Shown piece by piece: positions 1 through 16,105 of a stretch of 64,000 nt of DNA (position 1 is its first letter; the number at the start of each line of letters is the position of its first letter). Position numbers and translations under genes: made by a program. Source of the stretch: Chrysomallon squamiferum (lineage: Eukaryota; Animalia; Mollusca); NCBI GenBank assembly GCA_012295275.1, contig CM022679.1:6510001-6574000 (forward strand), in the 5' to 3' direction. The notes under the pieces were generated by a model. It did not search any database and was not told where the DNA came from. It saw only the letters and a program-made list of their open reading frames with translations.

Positions 1-1252
1 AGGCATAAAAAAGTATAGTTAGTTTTGGTCTGAAAACTTGATGTTACAAATGTCAAATATTCTACATCAAACAGAAAATTACAAAAAGTCAGGGTTTTTT
101 GTTTTTATTTTTTTTTTTTTTTCTTTAAAATCTTTATATGTCAACTTTCTTATGTTCTAAAATCATTTTCAAACAAAATTTTTAAAAAAATGTATTTTTA
201 TTTACAATTATGATAAACAGAATAACTTTTGGAGAAAATAAATTAATAAAATGTTAAGAACCAAGAATATGGGAATTACTTCAGTTTTTATACGCCTGTT
301 CAAAAGATTTTAAATCTATACTTGTAATATTTTTCTGAGTCTGATTTATGATTTTAAAAACCACAAAAGAAAGTTTTGTTGAATGATAAAATTCTTTTTT
401 AAGGAAAATGGCCCAGTACATCTTCTTTCTGACAATTTGTAAGGGTTTGATTTATGTCTGGTGGCTTTGTTATGGAAAATAGGTTAATAATCCATTAGTT
501 TTATTGCTAACAGCCCAAAGGATCTGACTAAACAGACTTACTATTTCAACAAATCTAAAATTTATAAGTCATAAATAAAAACTGAATAAAATGATCTAAC
601 ATCTGAATTTACCTGATAATTAATAAATAAAACAACATGGCTTCAGATTAATCAAAGTATAATTTGGCCGTATCAACAATTTATCCTCATGTCTGAAAGC
701 TATGTCTGAGTTATTATTATTATTTTTTTATTATTTAACAAAAAAAGTGTTAAACAATGATGTGTATATTTCCCACAGACTGGCTACAGATATGATCATG
801 TAGTTCCACTGAACAGAATCAAACTAGCATAAATAATCTTTGATTGCCATTACACCTTGCTACAATGAATATTAAGTGCAAACAACTCAGCATAGTACTG
901 ACATTTTATTTTGTTTGCCTGCCTGTATTACTTCGATATAATCAGAATATGACAATGAATAAGGATCCATAAATGGGAATACTGCTCTTGTGTTAAGGTA
1001 TAGGGATCTAATAACAGCACATGACAGAATGTGTAGTCAAGTATGTTTAAGAAATGTTGAAGTTATTTGTATGTGCATGTATGCATGCGTTCAATGTTCA
1101 TGCATATCTGACTGTGTCTAAATTATATCCATTAAAGATTTATTTATAATAATAATAGTTCTTTTCATTTAAAAGTAATGAAGTTTAAAAATGCTATATG
1201 AAATTTAAATAAGTTCAGAGTGTAATAAATACCAAGAATATTTGACACTTAC

Positions 1253-4200
1253 CTGATTACCAATACCTGGTTTTCAGTAACTTTCACCATTCTGACATAT
1301 GCTGAACTTGATACTGCAAAAATATGTCTGTAAACAAAAATAATATAATTAGAGGTGGTCATAATAAATAATAATAAGATCAGTAGAAGGTGTAGAACAA
1401 GATTAGGAGAAAGTGTACAAGAATATTACATGCAGGTTTCACCATCATAACAACATATAATATAAATGTATATGAAATAATAGTAAAACCAAATAAATAA
1501 ATAAACCCAAAAGAAAACCAGTTTTTAACTGTGAAGAGTGCATTTATTTTCCAAAACATAAGATAAAAAATAAGCAGTTTGTTAAAATTGTAGATATTTA
1601 TTTACTTATTTATTCATTTGTTTTTTACTTACTGACTTATATTGTTGTATTAATAAAATATTAGAGCTGCATATTAAATAGAGGTTGCAGATGTATGAAA
1701 TATTTTCTAGTCACTTATTGCTATGTATTCTAAGTATGTGTTATATACAACAAATAAATAAGAATAGTTTTAATTTCTTTTTATTATATATTACAAATAC
1801 CACTATGTATTGCTGTAACAACATTAAAGAAAAATTTGAAACACATATGCTTCATTATTAACATAATAGGCAGTATGAAAGAAAAGTTACACTCAGATAC
1901 CTTTATCAAATCTTACTACACAATAATTACTATAACACAAATTTCAAATGAAGACAAGAATTAGGGGAGATAACTTTGGTTTGCTTGATCAAGCAAATAA
2001 CCTTGAAAGTAAATGTTTGCTGTAAAATTGCGGAAATCTTTTGACAACATTACAAGTGAGCAGTGAGATTGATAGAATACACTGAGGTCATCCACACAAA
2101 CAACTCAACATGGCTAAGTTGATTTAGTATTTTTTTTCAGCACTGTTTGTTTTCTTGAGGAAAGCTTAAAACCCTGTTTAGGAAAAGTGAGGTTGAAAGT
2201 GTGCTCCTGTAAGTGTCACAAGTTGTAGCTAAATCCTGGTGGTTTTAGCAGGATCATGAAGATAAAGGATATTTTAGTGTCCTGTTCCAGGTGAATTTTG
2301 CAATCACAGCTTATTATACATTACAATTCAACTGTCATATGATTATTTTTCTTATTATTAATGATAAAAGGATAAAATTGTAGATACAGTTAAGTGTTTT
2401 TAATAATTTAAAATATACCACTCATTTTTTACTTTACTGATTCTTTTATTTTCCAGTTCTTTTTTATTTTGTTTTTCAATAAATATTATTTCACATTAAA
2501 CTAAAATACAGAATTTTAACAAAATTTCATTCTAGTATTTGATGGTATAATAATTGTTTAACAAAAAAGGTAATAAAATCAGTTTTTTAAAAACAAATTA
2601 TAGGACATATAAAGGTTGAATGGATGAATAAAAAATGAATGAATTTATAAAAGATAACTGGCTATTTGAAATTAAATGGAATATGACAAAATGAGATGAA
2701 GAAAATATATGGTTCAGAGTAATTTGAGGGGTAGATGAGAAAAAATATCAACTTAAGATTATAGGTCAACAGAATAAATGTTATTAATAATTAAAAGAAT
2801 ACAAAGAAAATTTAAAAAAAATAAAATAAAAAATAAAAATGATAATGCAACAAAAGAAATCAACACTAAAAACAAAAATAAAATAAAGCCAAAAGTTACT
2901 CACGGTGATAGTGCACCAAGTGGCTGACCTTCATATTTCTTGACCATGTTAAGTCCATAGATGTTGAACATCTTGTATGGGTTGACTGCCACCAGGATAC
3001 TTCCTGTGTATGTCTGAAATTGAAAACAGAACAACTTGTTTTGTTATATCACCACAATTATTATGGATATCTGAAAATACAGATATCACAATTGTTCTAT
3101 CTGTTGCTGGGATACTTCAAGTCTCTATCTGAAATTATAAAAATTGTTGTTTAGCTTCAAGATACCTCTTGTGTATGTCTGAAATTATAAATGTAACAGT
3201 TGTTTCTGATATGTTTTGTATAATATTCATTGTCTACAATTTAACCATCATGACTTGTTAACAAAGTATATGTATATATCTGAACCTAATGTTTTAAAAC
3301 TGCTATCAGAAATTATTCTTGTATATCTTATTATATCTTTTATTGTAAAATATAGAAAAATAATAACACATTCAGCCTTTCTGTATGGCATATTCTGTTT
3401 TTAATTGAAGGAATAAATATTTCTTCAAAAAAAAAAAAAATACTTTTAATTCTTTTTAAAAAAATCAGAACAGTAACTTCTGTTAAAATAATTTTTTTAT
3501 TTCAAACTAAAAGACATGAGCCAATTGTTATTAGATTTTTAAATTTTATAATGCAGATAAAGACATAATGCTTTTCAGTATGGTGTAATCTGCAAGTCAT
3601 CCAAGGCAAGGCAGATGACTGAAAACATTAAATATATAATTCATTTTCTTTTTCCACCTCTTTTGTTCACTCATGTCAGTATAACAAAGCAGAACAAAAT
3701 ACTCCATATCATGTTATATTCTGGAGACTGCATTTTACAAACTGAAGGACAAGTAAATGGAAACAAAAAGTTGATTTCAAAGAAAAGATAAAGTATCTGA
3801 TTTGAAGTGTGTTTAAAATAATGTAACACAAATAGATGATTCATAAGAATAGATTTTTTAAAAATTGTTTTGTTTAATGAAGCTTTTTAGGATTTGGCTT
3901 TATTTATTTACCTTTTACTTATTTATTTATTTGTTTGTTTGTTTGCTTGTTTATCTGCTTATTTTGTCTTTGGTTAGTTGGCTGTATATGTCTCAGACTA
4001 CAAAAATTAAACTCACGAAATATAACACACTAGAACTTAATTAATGTTATAATTAAATGGCCTGAAGCTAATAGTTTATTATTATCACTGGCAGAAAGCA
4101 GCACAGTCTCTTTCAACTTTATTCTAATCTCTTTCCACTCAAACACATTTTCAAGTACTCTTTTATTATCCCATTTATTAATTTCAAAATTTCTAGTTAT

Positions 4201-7200
4201 AACTGATTTTTATCATTATTGCACATCTGTACTATAAAATTAAGGTAAGAAATTGTTATTGATAATCTTTGTTCATTCACAGATAAGCCTTAGACAAAAT
4301 AAATACAAAATACTGTACTGAATTGATTTTCAGTTCAGTTTGTTATCATGTAAAACAGACAGCATTAACACAGCAATTAACTATTTACAAGCTTTCTTCA
4401 ACCATGTAGTATTTGCCACTAGATATTTGAGTTGATCATTTATATTTCAAAAGTGGACTTCAAAAGAATAACAAAGCACAAAACAAACTTATAGATATCT
4501 ATTAAATACACAATATATAAGTATGTAAAAGGGTTTCTAAAATAAAAAACTCAACAACTGTTATACATAAAATTAACATTACTGCAGCTAACATATATAA
4601 TCAATATTCAAGTACTGGGTTTGTATTATGTTGTGTATGCCTTTACAAATACATAGTATGCTGTTATGAAAGGTTCATGTTCTTCTGTTTACTGTTTTAA
4701 ATCTTAAATTTTATTTAATTTAAAAAATGAGGGGAAAAAAAAAGAGTATGTTTATAGTCTAAATCAGGGATCACCAACACAGTAACTGCAGGGACCAGGT
4801 CACCCCCAAGAAACACACGAGTCACCTGCAGGCCTGTTCCTAAAACATTTAAACAATTACTGAGATCAATAGAATTAAAGGCTGAATATTGATATTATCT
4901 GTATCCAACCTAGTTAAGTCACTGGAGATAATTAATGTGATCAGTGTCTTCACATAGATTGGTATCATTAATAATAATATATAACTAAAGATAAACTGAA
5001 CAAATTTGTTATTTCAGAAGAGTGTTTGTTACAAACTGATACCTATGAAGTAGCTCTCATGTTCAAAATGGTTGGTGAACCCTGGTCTAAATGAATTACA
5101 TACACACATATACAGTGATCCATACTCTCATATAAACAGTTTCATTTAATAACATCATCAAAGCACACTGCTTTTGTAATTCAAGCTACTGGATGTAAAA
5201 CAAATGGTAGTTCTGACATAAAAATAAAACATGCTACAATTGTCCACTTAATTTTTTTTATATGCACTTGATCAACAAGATAATATCACAAACCATGTAT
5301 TTTTTTACATGAGTGATGATAACTGGTTGGGAAGAAGGTCAGTGACCAAGAAAGATGGTTGAATCTAAAACATTACTTAAGTATTCTATCAACAGCAAGA
5401 TGCTCTGACCATGGTTATCAGCACTTTTTTTAATATACTTTTATATCTCACCCCTGATATGATTACAAATATGATTTTCTTTGATAAAGCAGTTGCAGGC
5501 CTCTTTCTGAAGTGAGAAAATGTCCAGCAAGAACATTGAAGAGGACTGATCCTGTGGCTAATCACATCTCAGGCCAGCAAAATACCAGTGATGTCAACCA
5601 CTCACACACATAGAAACACACAGAATCAAACAAATGTTTGTTTTACTTTATCCTAGATGTATGTGAACATTATTTCTATTTGTGCTCAGCCTATGACATA
5701 GATCTAGCCAATATTAATACTTCACTTGAAAGCAAATTTCTATATTTAAATAATTTTTTAACAGTAAGCCTTCTAGTCTAAAGCTATTATTATACCACTG
5801 ATACTGTAGGTGATAATATTAGATGTCTGTTGAAAAGGTGTACAACAAAACTGCCCAGTCTGTGCCACACCCAAGACTTAAAATTTACCTGCAGCAAGTT
5901 AAAGGTAATAAATCTAAATACTTTCTCTATTCTTCCGATTGTTTTGTTTGATCTTTGGATCAACTTTTGGCAATAATAACTCAAAACAATAATATTTTGA
6001 TGACATAAGTAAGCAACAGTGAATAAATCATAATAAAATTGACACAGAGAACAGTATATTAGAGGTTTTGCTTCACATTTTGTATATTATAAAAGTAAAC
6101 AGAATGGCAATAGCAAAAACTAGTCTACACTAACAGCATGTTTGTCATGTAAGGTATATATGATATTTTGGAGCTGTTTGTTTGTTGTTACTGTTCTGGT
6201 CCTGTAAAAAAACAGAAGATCTCTTGCTAAATGGAGAAGAAAATGACAGATTTCCTCTGAAGAGTAGCATTAACAGCAGCTGTTAAACAGAAAATAGCCA
6301 ATAAATCAAACAGTTTAGCAACATAATATCATTTGTATATTTCTTTCTTTAATTCTGTTAATATTATTAATCAAGGTATATTTTATGTTTATTAACTAAC
6401 AAGTAAGGCACCATTTTGTTTTAAAAGGTTAAAATATTGACCTGGGACAGATTTCAGAAAACTGATAACCACTGGATCATGAATAAGATCACAGGAGCTG
6501 GGATAGAACAATCTTTTCTACCGAAACCTGACTCCCTGTTCATGATTTACCTCATATCTAAAACATCAAATATAGGATAACTAAACAGCCAGAGCAGAAC
6601 TGTCAGGTGGTGGCGTGCAGAGGTCTGGTGATGCCCAGGACCAACTCATCGATTGTATGCTCCTAAAGACTGAAGTATACAGTCTAGTACTGAGAAATAT
6701 GAGAAAGGAAGATATTTTGAATACATAAACACAAATGAAACATAAAATAAATACTTTATTTGATTTAAATATAAATCAAACAAATTTATTTATTTATTTA
6801 TTTATTTTCTCCGATTGGATGCCTCCCCCCATTTGGATGCCCGGGGCCACTGCCCCTTTGCCCCCCCCCTTTCTACATGCCACTGTTGTCAGGACAATAT
6901 TGTCTATATACAGATATTTTACATCATAGGTCTTTGATGTTGGGACAAAAGATGTCAGTATACTATTTTTGATACAGAACAAAACATGATTTAACATTTA
7001 AAAATAGAAAAATAACAATCTTATTATAAAGATTATTTTTTACTGTCAGCTATAATATATGTCCAGAAAAAAGAATACTAAGAAAAAGATTAAAATAAAG
7101 ATTTAAAAAAGAAATTATAAAAAGAAAGAGAAAAAAAAGAGTCAATAGATAGTGGACAAATCAGTATCTAGATAGGTTCAAGCTATTGTTTCCAGTATTT

Positions 7201-10200
7201 GCTGCCTTTGTTGATAACAGCCATTAAGTGATACATGCAACAACTTAATTTTATTTATAATGAAGTTACTTCAATATTAGAGCATCAAAGGGCAATCTGT
7301 TCTTAAAAAATGTAGCGAAAAAAGGTACCTTACTGCTAAAGATAAATAGTATCTTATTCAGAGGCTTCAAAATGATAACTATCTCAGAGCATCATCATAC
7401 CAAATGAAATTCAACATTTGATATTTAATAATATATCTCTTTTTATGTCACTTAATATTCATTAATTATCTTATTCACACACAACCTTTACCCTTTTATT
7501 ACACATTTTAAATGTCTGCAGTAAATCTTTCAACAGTTTTTAAAAATTAAAACCTTTTATGTACATCTATGTTAATGAATTTTGAAAGCTTCAGATGTTC
7601 AAGCCATGTCAATGATTCTGAAGTGGCAGGATTTATTGTCACTAAACTCACATTTCACTGATTTCAGAGTGACAAGCACAAAAAAAGGAAACACTGGACC
7701 ATGAAAATGAGAGCCCACAGTGATTGCTTTATCATTCTGACATAAATATTAATAGCTAATTGTATGTCCAGAAATTATTAAAAAATTGAGGTACTTTGGT
7801 TAATAGAGAAACATGTTTTTATTTGTATGCATGACAAATACAGTAACTATAAGCCTATGCCAAATAATATTACACAAAATTGATCTCAAAATATTTAATG
7901 TTAGCACTTGTTAGTTGACAAACATACGATGATCAAATAAGTAGAAAATAAGTGTGTATCCATATCACTTAAATCATTACTGTTAAACAGCATGGAAAAC
8001 CTTCCCTCAGACAAGAATTCTTAAATTACATTTTTAATGAACCAAGCATTTGTTTTGATGGGAAATAAATCAGTGAGAGCATCAACAAAACATAATTATA
8101 TATTTACACGAGTGCAAAACTAAATTAAGTATTGTCTCAGTTTTCATTAATTAATGTTTAAAATATTTGCATACTAGTTATTTCTGTTATGTTAACAAAT
8201 TACTTACGTAAATATTTTCATGTGCATATCGATTCTTCAGATTTTTCAAAATGGTTTCTTCATTCAAAACACTGGAAAAAAAAGAAGAGAAATTAATCTT
8301 TAACAACAAATTCATTACTTAATTAATATCAGCAAAGTCTTGTTCAGGAAAAAACAAATATTTGTATAATGACATTTCAATGCATAATAACACCAATAAT
8401 AATATTAATATTGATTTTTAATATAAAAATTTGTAAGAGGAAACTTGATTCCTTATGTCCATCAGCTTTTCTTTATTTTAAGTGGGTATGGGTCATTTAT
8501 AGTGCGATTGCATTAAAAATAAATTATCTGTAAATGTACAAAATGAATACAGAATAATGTTTTTTTTTAGTGTGTGAGTATGTGTGTATGTATGTGTTGT
8601 TGTGTTCTATATATATAAAACCGCTGTTCAATACAAATACAAAGTGTGCTTCTCAACAGGAGAATGATCATGGATTATTTTTATTTAATACCGCTATCAT
8701 GGACAACAGGCTGTAACAGAAAAAACTGTTATTTTGGATTATGGTAAAACTGAATTCAGTCAAACAGAAATAAGTGTTATATGACTGAACTAAAACTGTT
8801 GAGTTTGTTTTAACAGTCAGGAGCTGGCAGGGAAGGTTGATCTTAAAACCCAGAATAATCAAGACAAGTTCTTCCCCATAAAGGTAACAGACTCTTTAGT
8901 TTATCAATGACCAGCCAGTGGCTGCAATGGATAATAACCCTAAATGCAACAAGGAGGTCTGAAACCAAAATTGCTCAATGAAGTTCTTTCCTATAACATT
9001 TTTTTAACTGATAAATGGTAAGCCAGCAGTTTTAATGGGAAACAGATCTGAATCCAAAAGAGAAGATTGATCCTGAAATCCATGTGTTTCAGACAAAATC
9101 TTTCCCACTAAGGTACAGGTTATTACTGGAGTTTGTTGAGGAATTTGCACTAATGTTAACAGCACACAGAAACAAATCTCTGTACACTGTGATCAGCATA
9201 CATGATTCAGTGCACTTGACAGCAAATTTGAAAATGAAGAAAAACAAATTAAACACCTTGTTCACATTGTGCATTTCAAGTTTAAAGAAAAAAAAAAGGA
9301 ATTTGAACAAGAATGACATTTAATAGGAAAATGAATGTATTTCTTGAGTGTATGAGTAAATATATATGTTTGAATGAAATATGTGTTTGTTCCTTCATGT
9401 GTTGAGATAATGTATATATTTTATGTATTTTTTACTAATTTTAAAATTTGTAAGAAATGTAAAACTGGAAAAATGTTTACAAAGCAGCTATTTAATTTTA
9501 TTTATTCATTATATCTGGAGCAAATGCTGAAATGTTTAGAAAATATGAACGTAAAAATTTATATTATAATCAATATGTTTCCAATATTAATAAAAAACAA
9601 AAATTTGTATAGTAACAAATTGCCAAGGAGAATTAAAATTCTACAACTATTTCCATGACTTCTATGACAGTGGGTAACTGTAGGGATAGTTGTGTATCCA
9701 TAGTCTACAACTACGTGCATTAAAAAAATATAAACAGTAAGACAATAAAAGCTTTCAAAAATATATTCTGGCATGAGCAATATGAAGAGATTATCTCCTG
9801 CCAAATGATAATCCATTTCATAAATAAATAAAAGAATTGTTGAAATGCTTACACTGTTTATTATCAATACAACAGTCTTGAAGTCTTAGTTATCTTTATC
9901 ATCGTCTTAAGCCATCTTATGTTCAGCTGCATTTCAGGATAACCTATAGAAATTGTTTAAGACTACTGGATTTGTCTGAAAGCTGACAGACTTGTTTGTG
10001 CAACAAAGGAAATGGATCTGATGTTTTGACATATTACTTGAAACGAATCATTACAAGAGTTCAACAATAAGCTTATCTTTCATAAATAAATTCCAAACTG
10101 TTCAAAATTTAAAGTGTAATGAAGAATTAGAGAAAGAGAGTGTGTAAAATATGATACAGTACATATGTGTATGTATGCAAATATTTATGTCTTTATGCAT

Positions 10201-13200
10201 GTATGTAAATATGTTGTTTTTCTTCAATTTAGCAATGTATGCATTTAGATAACTGTGAATCTACTTGTATTTGTGACAATACAATTACCTAAAATTATAT
10301 AAATATAAAAAATCAAATATCTGTATAAATTATCACTAGTAAGGTAACAGCATGGTTTTAATTAACATTCAAAATACACCACTCATTATCTGATTTAATG
10401 AAGAAGTCATTTAGCTTTTACAATGAAATGGTCCAACAAAACCAATTCCACAGCTGTTAATATGTATGGCACTGGATATAACATTTTTATAAGCTAATAA
10501 TGAGGAATTTATTTCAAGAAAATATTCACCAAGTGAGAATGAAATATTATCACCTTGTATTAATGAAACAGGTTCCAAAGGTGTGTAAAATATATAACAT
10601 AAATAGAAGTGTATAATGTATATAAATTTGGTTAAGCTGTGTTGTTGATTAAACACAGTTTTCACCACCTCATCAGCTGCTAATAATGTTGGCAAGCTGT
10701 TGCATATATTTACATATAATGTTGCCTTTTACCTTGAACATACAAATAAAATACAAGCTGGTGTAATATGTATGTGGCACATTTCTTTTTTACCTGCAGA
10801 AAATCATTATTTAGTTTATAACCAAATGTACTATGGAGTATTATATTTATTTTATTATTATTATTTTTTAATATGCAAAAATGATTGCATGTATGTATAG
10901 ATCTCTGTATCTCTGTATATCTATGTATCTTATATACATGTATATACATGTACATGCATGTATGTGTGTGAGTATGTATGTATGTATGTATGTATGTATG
11001 TATGTATGTATGTATGTATGTATGTATGTATGTATGTATGCATGCAAGCATTAATACACACATATACACAGACATTGCATATAATAAAATCTAGGTCAGC
11101 ATGTCTTGACACTAAGTCAGAGTCGTAAATAAAAGGATATTTCGATTACAGTAAATAAATAATGACTGGTTCGTGTTTATTATCAGTCAGGTTCCCAGTT
11201 GTAATTAACACATAACATTAATTATTTAAAAGTACTCAGCTCTGGTGTAAATAGCATGCATTACTAAGAGTAATTCACATACAGAAATAAAACCACTGTT
11301 GTATGTTTTAAAGTAGCATAATTTAAACCACATTCATTTACTGATTTATAAAAATGGGTATCAAATTCATTCTCTATCAGTCCTTCCATTGATCCATCCA
11401 TCTGTCCATCCATGCATGCATGAATTTATTATTTAACTGAAATTAATTAACAAAACAAGTATTTTTTGTCAAAATTTAATATTTTTAACATTAGAAAATT
11501 ATTAGTTAACATATCTTTATGTTTTAATATTTTATTTATTCATTCATTAATTCCTCAAACTAATGCATTTTATTTTAAAAAGTTTAAAAAAAATTAAAAT
11601 AATAAATAATATTAGGAGAATTAAGAGGGTTTATCATATAAATAAAATAAAAATAAAAAATGGAATGTTATGTGTACACACTAAATTAATATCTAAGTAG
11701 TTGAGAAATATTATTGTACTAACACTAAGAAGTCAATGATGGCTGAGATATTTATGTGTTTATTTGTATTCAGATGTGCCTGTTGTGGACAAGGTCTATG
11801 ATTATTAATGACAGGGCAGGGTAGACTTTACATACAATTATATTAATGCCAGATTTAGAATAACAATTTTTGTTTAGAATTTTGGAAAAAGTAATATCAC
11901 AAGTCTTTATATTCTAGAATATCTGTACAGTAAATGACACCTATACAATGTAGGATATTCATACAATAAAGGATCTATAGACAATGTATGAAATGTTTAA
12001 AATATAGGATGTTTATACAGATCTTTAGACAATATAAAATTTAAGATGCAAACATAATATATGAGGTCTATATAATTCAAGACATCTGTTCAGTATATAA
12101 TCATATTACTTGACTACAACATCATGGCTGCATTAATTTTATGCACTGTCATTCAACAAAAAAGTAACATACACAATGTACACACCTTTATCAATCACGG
12201 TGCAGTGAAGTAAAAGTGACGTCAGACATCTTTATGATATTTGTTTAATCTGTAATCTATTTAAAATGGGCAGGACCAAACACACCCAGCCCTTTTTTAA
12301 AGATATCTAAAAATACATATACAGGTGAGAGAATTTTTTAAATGAATGGAAACTGATAAGCAATATATGGGTGTGAAACATAAATGCTGAATTAATATTT
12401 AGTGACAGTATTGTTTTAACTGATATGTATGCTTTAAATTTTTAAATAAATAAATAATAAATAAATAATATTTTTGACAGGTTTTGCTGAATGTGTGGGT
12501 AAATTACAGTTTTAAGTTATTCATTACTCTCATATCACTGTGAAAATGAAAATGTATGAGTAAAATTAAACTTGAGAAATATCAAAATATTGATGTACTG
12601 GCAAAATAAACCTTTAACGATGTCTTTAATATCTAAAGAAACATTTAGTTACAAAAATACAAAAACATATTTATAACAATGTGTGGTGAGTTTATTCTAT
12701 TTTCAAATATAAACTTTTAAAATATAAAGGTGTTTACACACAATATAATTTGAACAGAAACATTATACTATATGTACAGAATTATCTATTTATCAAATTG
12801 TTCTTTGTTTCTTTAAAATTAGTATAATGAAACTTAAAGTTTTTTCTTTGCCAACATATTCTGATTTACAAAGTACAATTTTTTATCTCTGTAAGACAGC
12901 CAGATCAACAAGCACATGCATAGCAAGACAGACACACCCTGACCTGTATGAATATATGTATGAATGCAGACAAACATACATACTGTGATAATCAGGTATG
13001 TATATATTACATTTAACAAAGGCATCCAATAATTGATAAAATTGTATTTTTGTTTTTATAAAATTCTAAATTTACTAAATTTTATAAAATTTTCTTTCCA
13101 TCACTTATTTCACATTTAGTGATTTCAAAATGCCTCATTGGCAGCATTATAAACATAACAAAAGAGTATCTAAAATCAATTTTTTATTTGTTCTTCATGA

Positions 13201-15670
13201 CATTCAGAAATACTGGATCCCAAACGTGTGTTTACACAGACAGTATCAGCATGCATGCTTGAATACAGTCTCAAGGTCAACACAGGTAAAGTATTTCAAA
13301 ACTTTCAGTAATCATAAAATTTAAATTTCAAATTCAGAAAATACATGAAAAAAAAAATGTCACAAGGTTTTGGTAGGACAAAAAATCATCTTCTTACTTT
13401 CTTGCAAGCTGCCATTTGTCTGGGAAACACATATTTTAAAGGATGAGTTATGTCCTAAGAAAAAGATCCAGCACCATGGAAATATACCCCATATATATAT
13501 ATATATAAATGATACATTCTACTGGGATCCATTTGTTTTATAACTTAAAAAACTTGATAGTAGAAAAAACTATTTAATTTTTATCAAAACAATATCCTCA
13601 AATTAAATACACACAGAATTGATAGGTCTGTTTTTGTCTTTTTTTTAGGCACATTGCATTTGTCAGGAAAAATAACTCTCTGTATTTTATATATGCATAA
13701 TTTCTGGAGATCTTTATTTTACTTAAAATGTATATACTTTAAAAATGAATTTATACATACAAAAGAAATAAAATATCTCACTGAGAAATACACAGTCTGT
13801 ATCTCACTATAGATAAATCAGAATATATTGAACTTTATCCAAGAAAACACATTCAACAAAATCTGATATAATTTTTATTATTCACTGTCTCAAGAGCTAT
13901 TAGCTTTGTCTATAGCTATAGCCCTGTGCTGTTTCCTGGCTATGCAATAAAAACTGTATAGGTATATTTACTGAAGCTTCCTATAAAAGATTAGATAGAA
14001 GGGTGTCAGAAAAAGGGTATTGTAGTCACAATGACCTGGGCAAGTGCCAAGAAAGATTATTCAGAGAGGTCACCTGTTTTTAAAAATTAGAGATTAACAC
14101 GGGCTGCATTTTTAATATATAAAAATCTGCCCACCCGTCTATCTCTCTATCTGTCTGTCTCTCTATATATCTAACTAATAATATTAAAAATTTAATTTGA
14201 AATAAGCTTTTGTTAATGTTTTGTTGGAACTTGTAAGAATGAAATAAATATTAAACAGCTGCTGCTTATTATGTGTCAAATATAGTGTTCAGGTTTAGCA
14301 AGTGTTAAAAAAACTTCAAAAATAATAACATAAATATAAAACATATACATAAATTAAACAAAAAAGAAAAGTTTTATAATAAAATGTAAAAGTTGTATTG
14401 ATTTTTAAGAGTTAATATATCTTCACTATAATTCATATCTTTTTTTAAATTAGACACATACCAACATATCTACTGATTATGAATAATAATATATCAGTAT
14501 ACACTGTTAGTCATTAGGTTCTAGATAATCAGTGTTATTTTACTTGAATAATATTCAGTTCTCAGATATAAATATTTTATTAGAATGTTTGACAAACATT
14601 ATAAAATATTATTGTCAAAGATGTATAAGAATTTATGACAATTTATACATAGCATGGTTTATCTTCTTATCATAAACCTGTTTGTCACAGTGACAATGGA
14701 ATATATATTTAATATCAAAAGATGATACTGTGTAAAATACTTTATTTTCATTGTCAACAATTTTCATTCAAGTCATACATTTTTTCATGGATTTTTATTT
14801 CAACATATCAATTGAATCGTTCACATTATTTTGCTGTTTTCATACAAATTATAGTGTTTGTAATTTTTATTTGCATACGTCACTTGAATCAATGGTTTAA
14901 TAAACAAAACTTCCTATAAAAGTTTAATTTTTGCAGAATTTTAATTGTAATACTCACAAAAACTCCAAAATAAAATATAATATTCTTTCATATGAAAGAT
15001 CAAAGAAAAACAAGTTAAATTACAGAAATTTTTTTTTCTGATATTGATTTTATAAGTAAGTATAAACTGAATAGAAGTTTTTAATTTTATTTTATTATTA
15101 TAATTTTATCATAGTATTTTCAAAAAAGAAAATAATGAACTCTTCTTTTCTAAATGTTTCTACTTCACTTAAAAATCTTGTTTGTCTAGAAATTAAATAC
15201 ATAAAAATGGTGAATAGACAGATAGACTTGAAAGATAGTAAGATTGGATCAATTGATGTACAAATGAATAATCTGAATGGAAAAATAAATTGAAGAATGG
15301 ATGTTTGAATACATGGAAGTACTGGTATTTGGAAAATGATAATAAAAGTAACTTGAAAGAAATTACTTGATACAAAAAATAATATTTAAGAAAAACCCAC
15401 CAAAGAACAACAATGAAAATGTTTGAATTCACCTAATAAACATGATAACCATGTGGGTCAGCTGAAACAAATAATAAATTATATCAACAACTATGTGATA
15501 TAAAAATCTATTACTTCTGTTAACTTTTGTCTAATATAGAAATAATCCTAGGAATTCTGCCATAAAATGTTTACAAGCTGTATGTTATTATCTGACATCA
15601 GTGCCATGTCTGTCTGTATGCATATGCATGTGTGTGTAGGCAGAATCACACATACATATTTATATGTCCT

Positions 15671-15718
<48 letters not shown>

Positions 15719-16049
15719 TTCACATATACAATTATATACATGCATGTAAAATCCTGTTTTTACTAACAATTTTTCCCATGGTTTAAAAGTAGAAAAAAAA
15801 GGTGATTTAAACCTCAGAACCCACTTGCAGTGACATTTATTATATTTAATAACTAGAGCATGTTATATTTGTATTAACATCTTCTGTTCACTATAAGGAA
15901 GCAAATATACAGGTTGTGTGAATAAATTGTGATTAACATCTGTACATGTGTTAGCTCATGTATGAGAATTTCAATAAATGTTTATATATAGACAGACAGA
16001 CTGATGTACACTGAAAAAAACAAATTGCAAATATCTGATTTGTTGGTTT

Positions 16050-16105
<56 letters not shown>

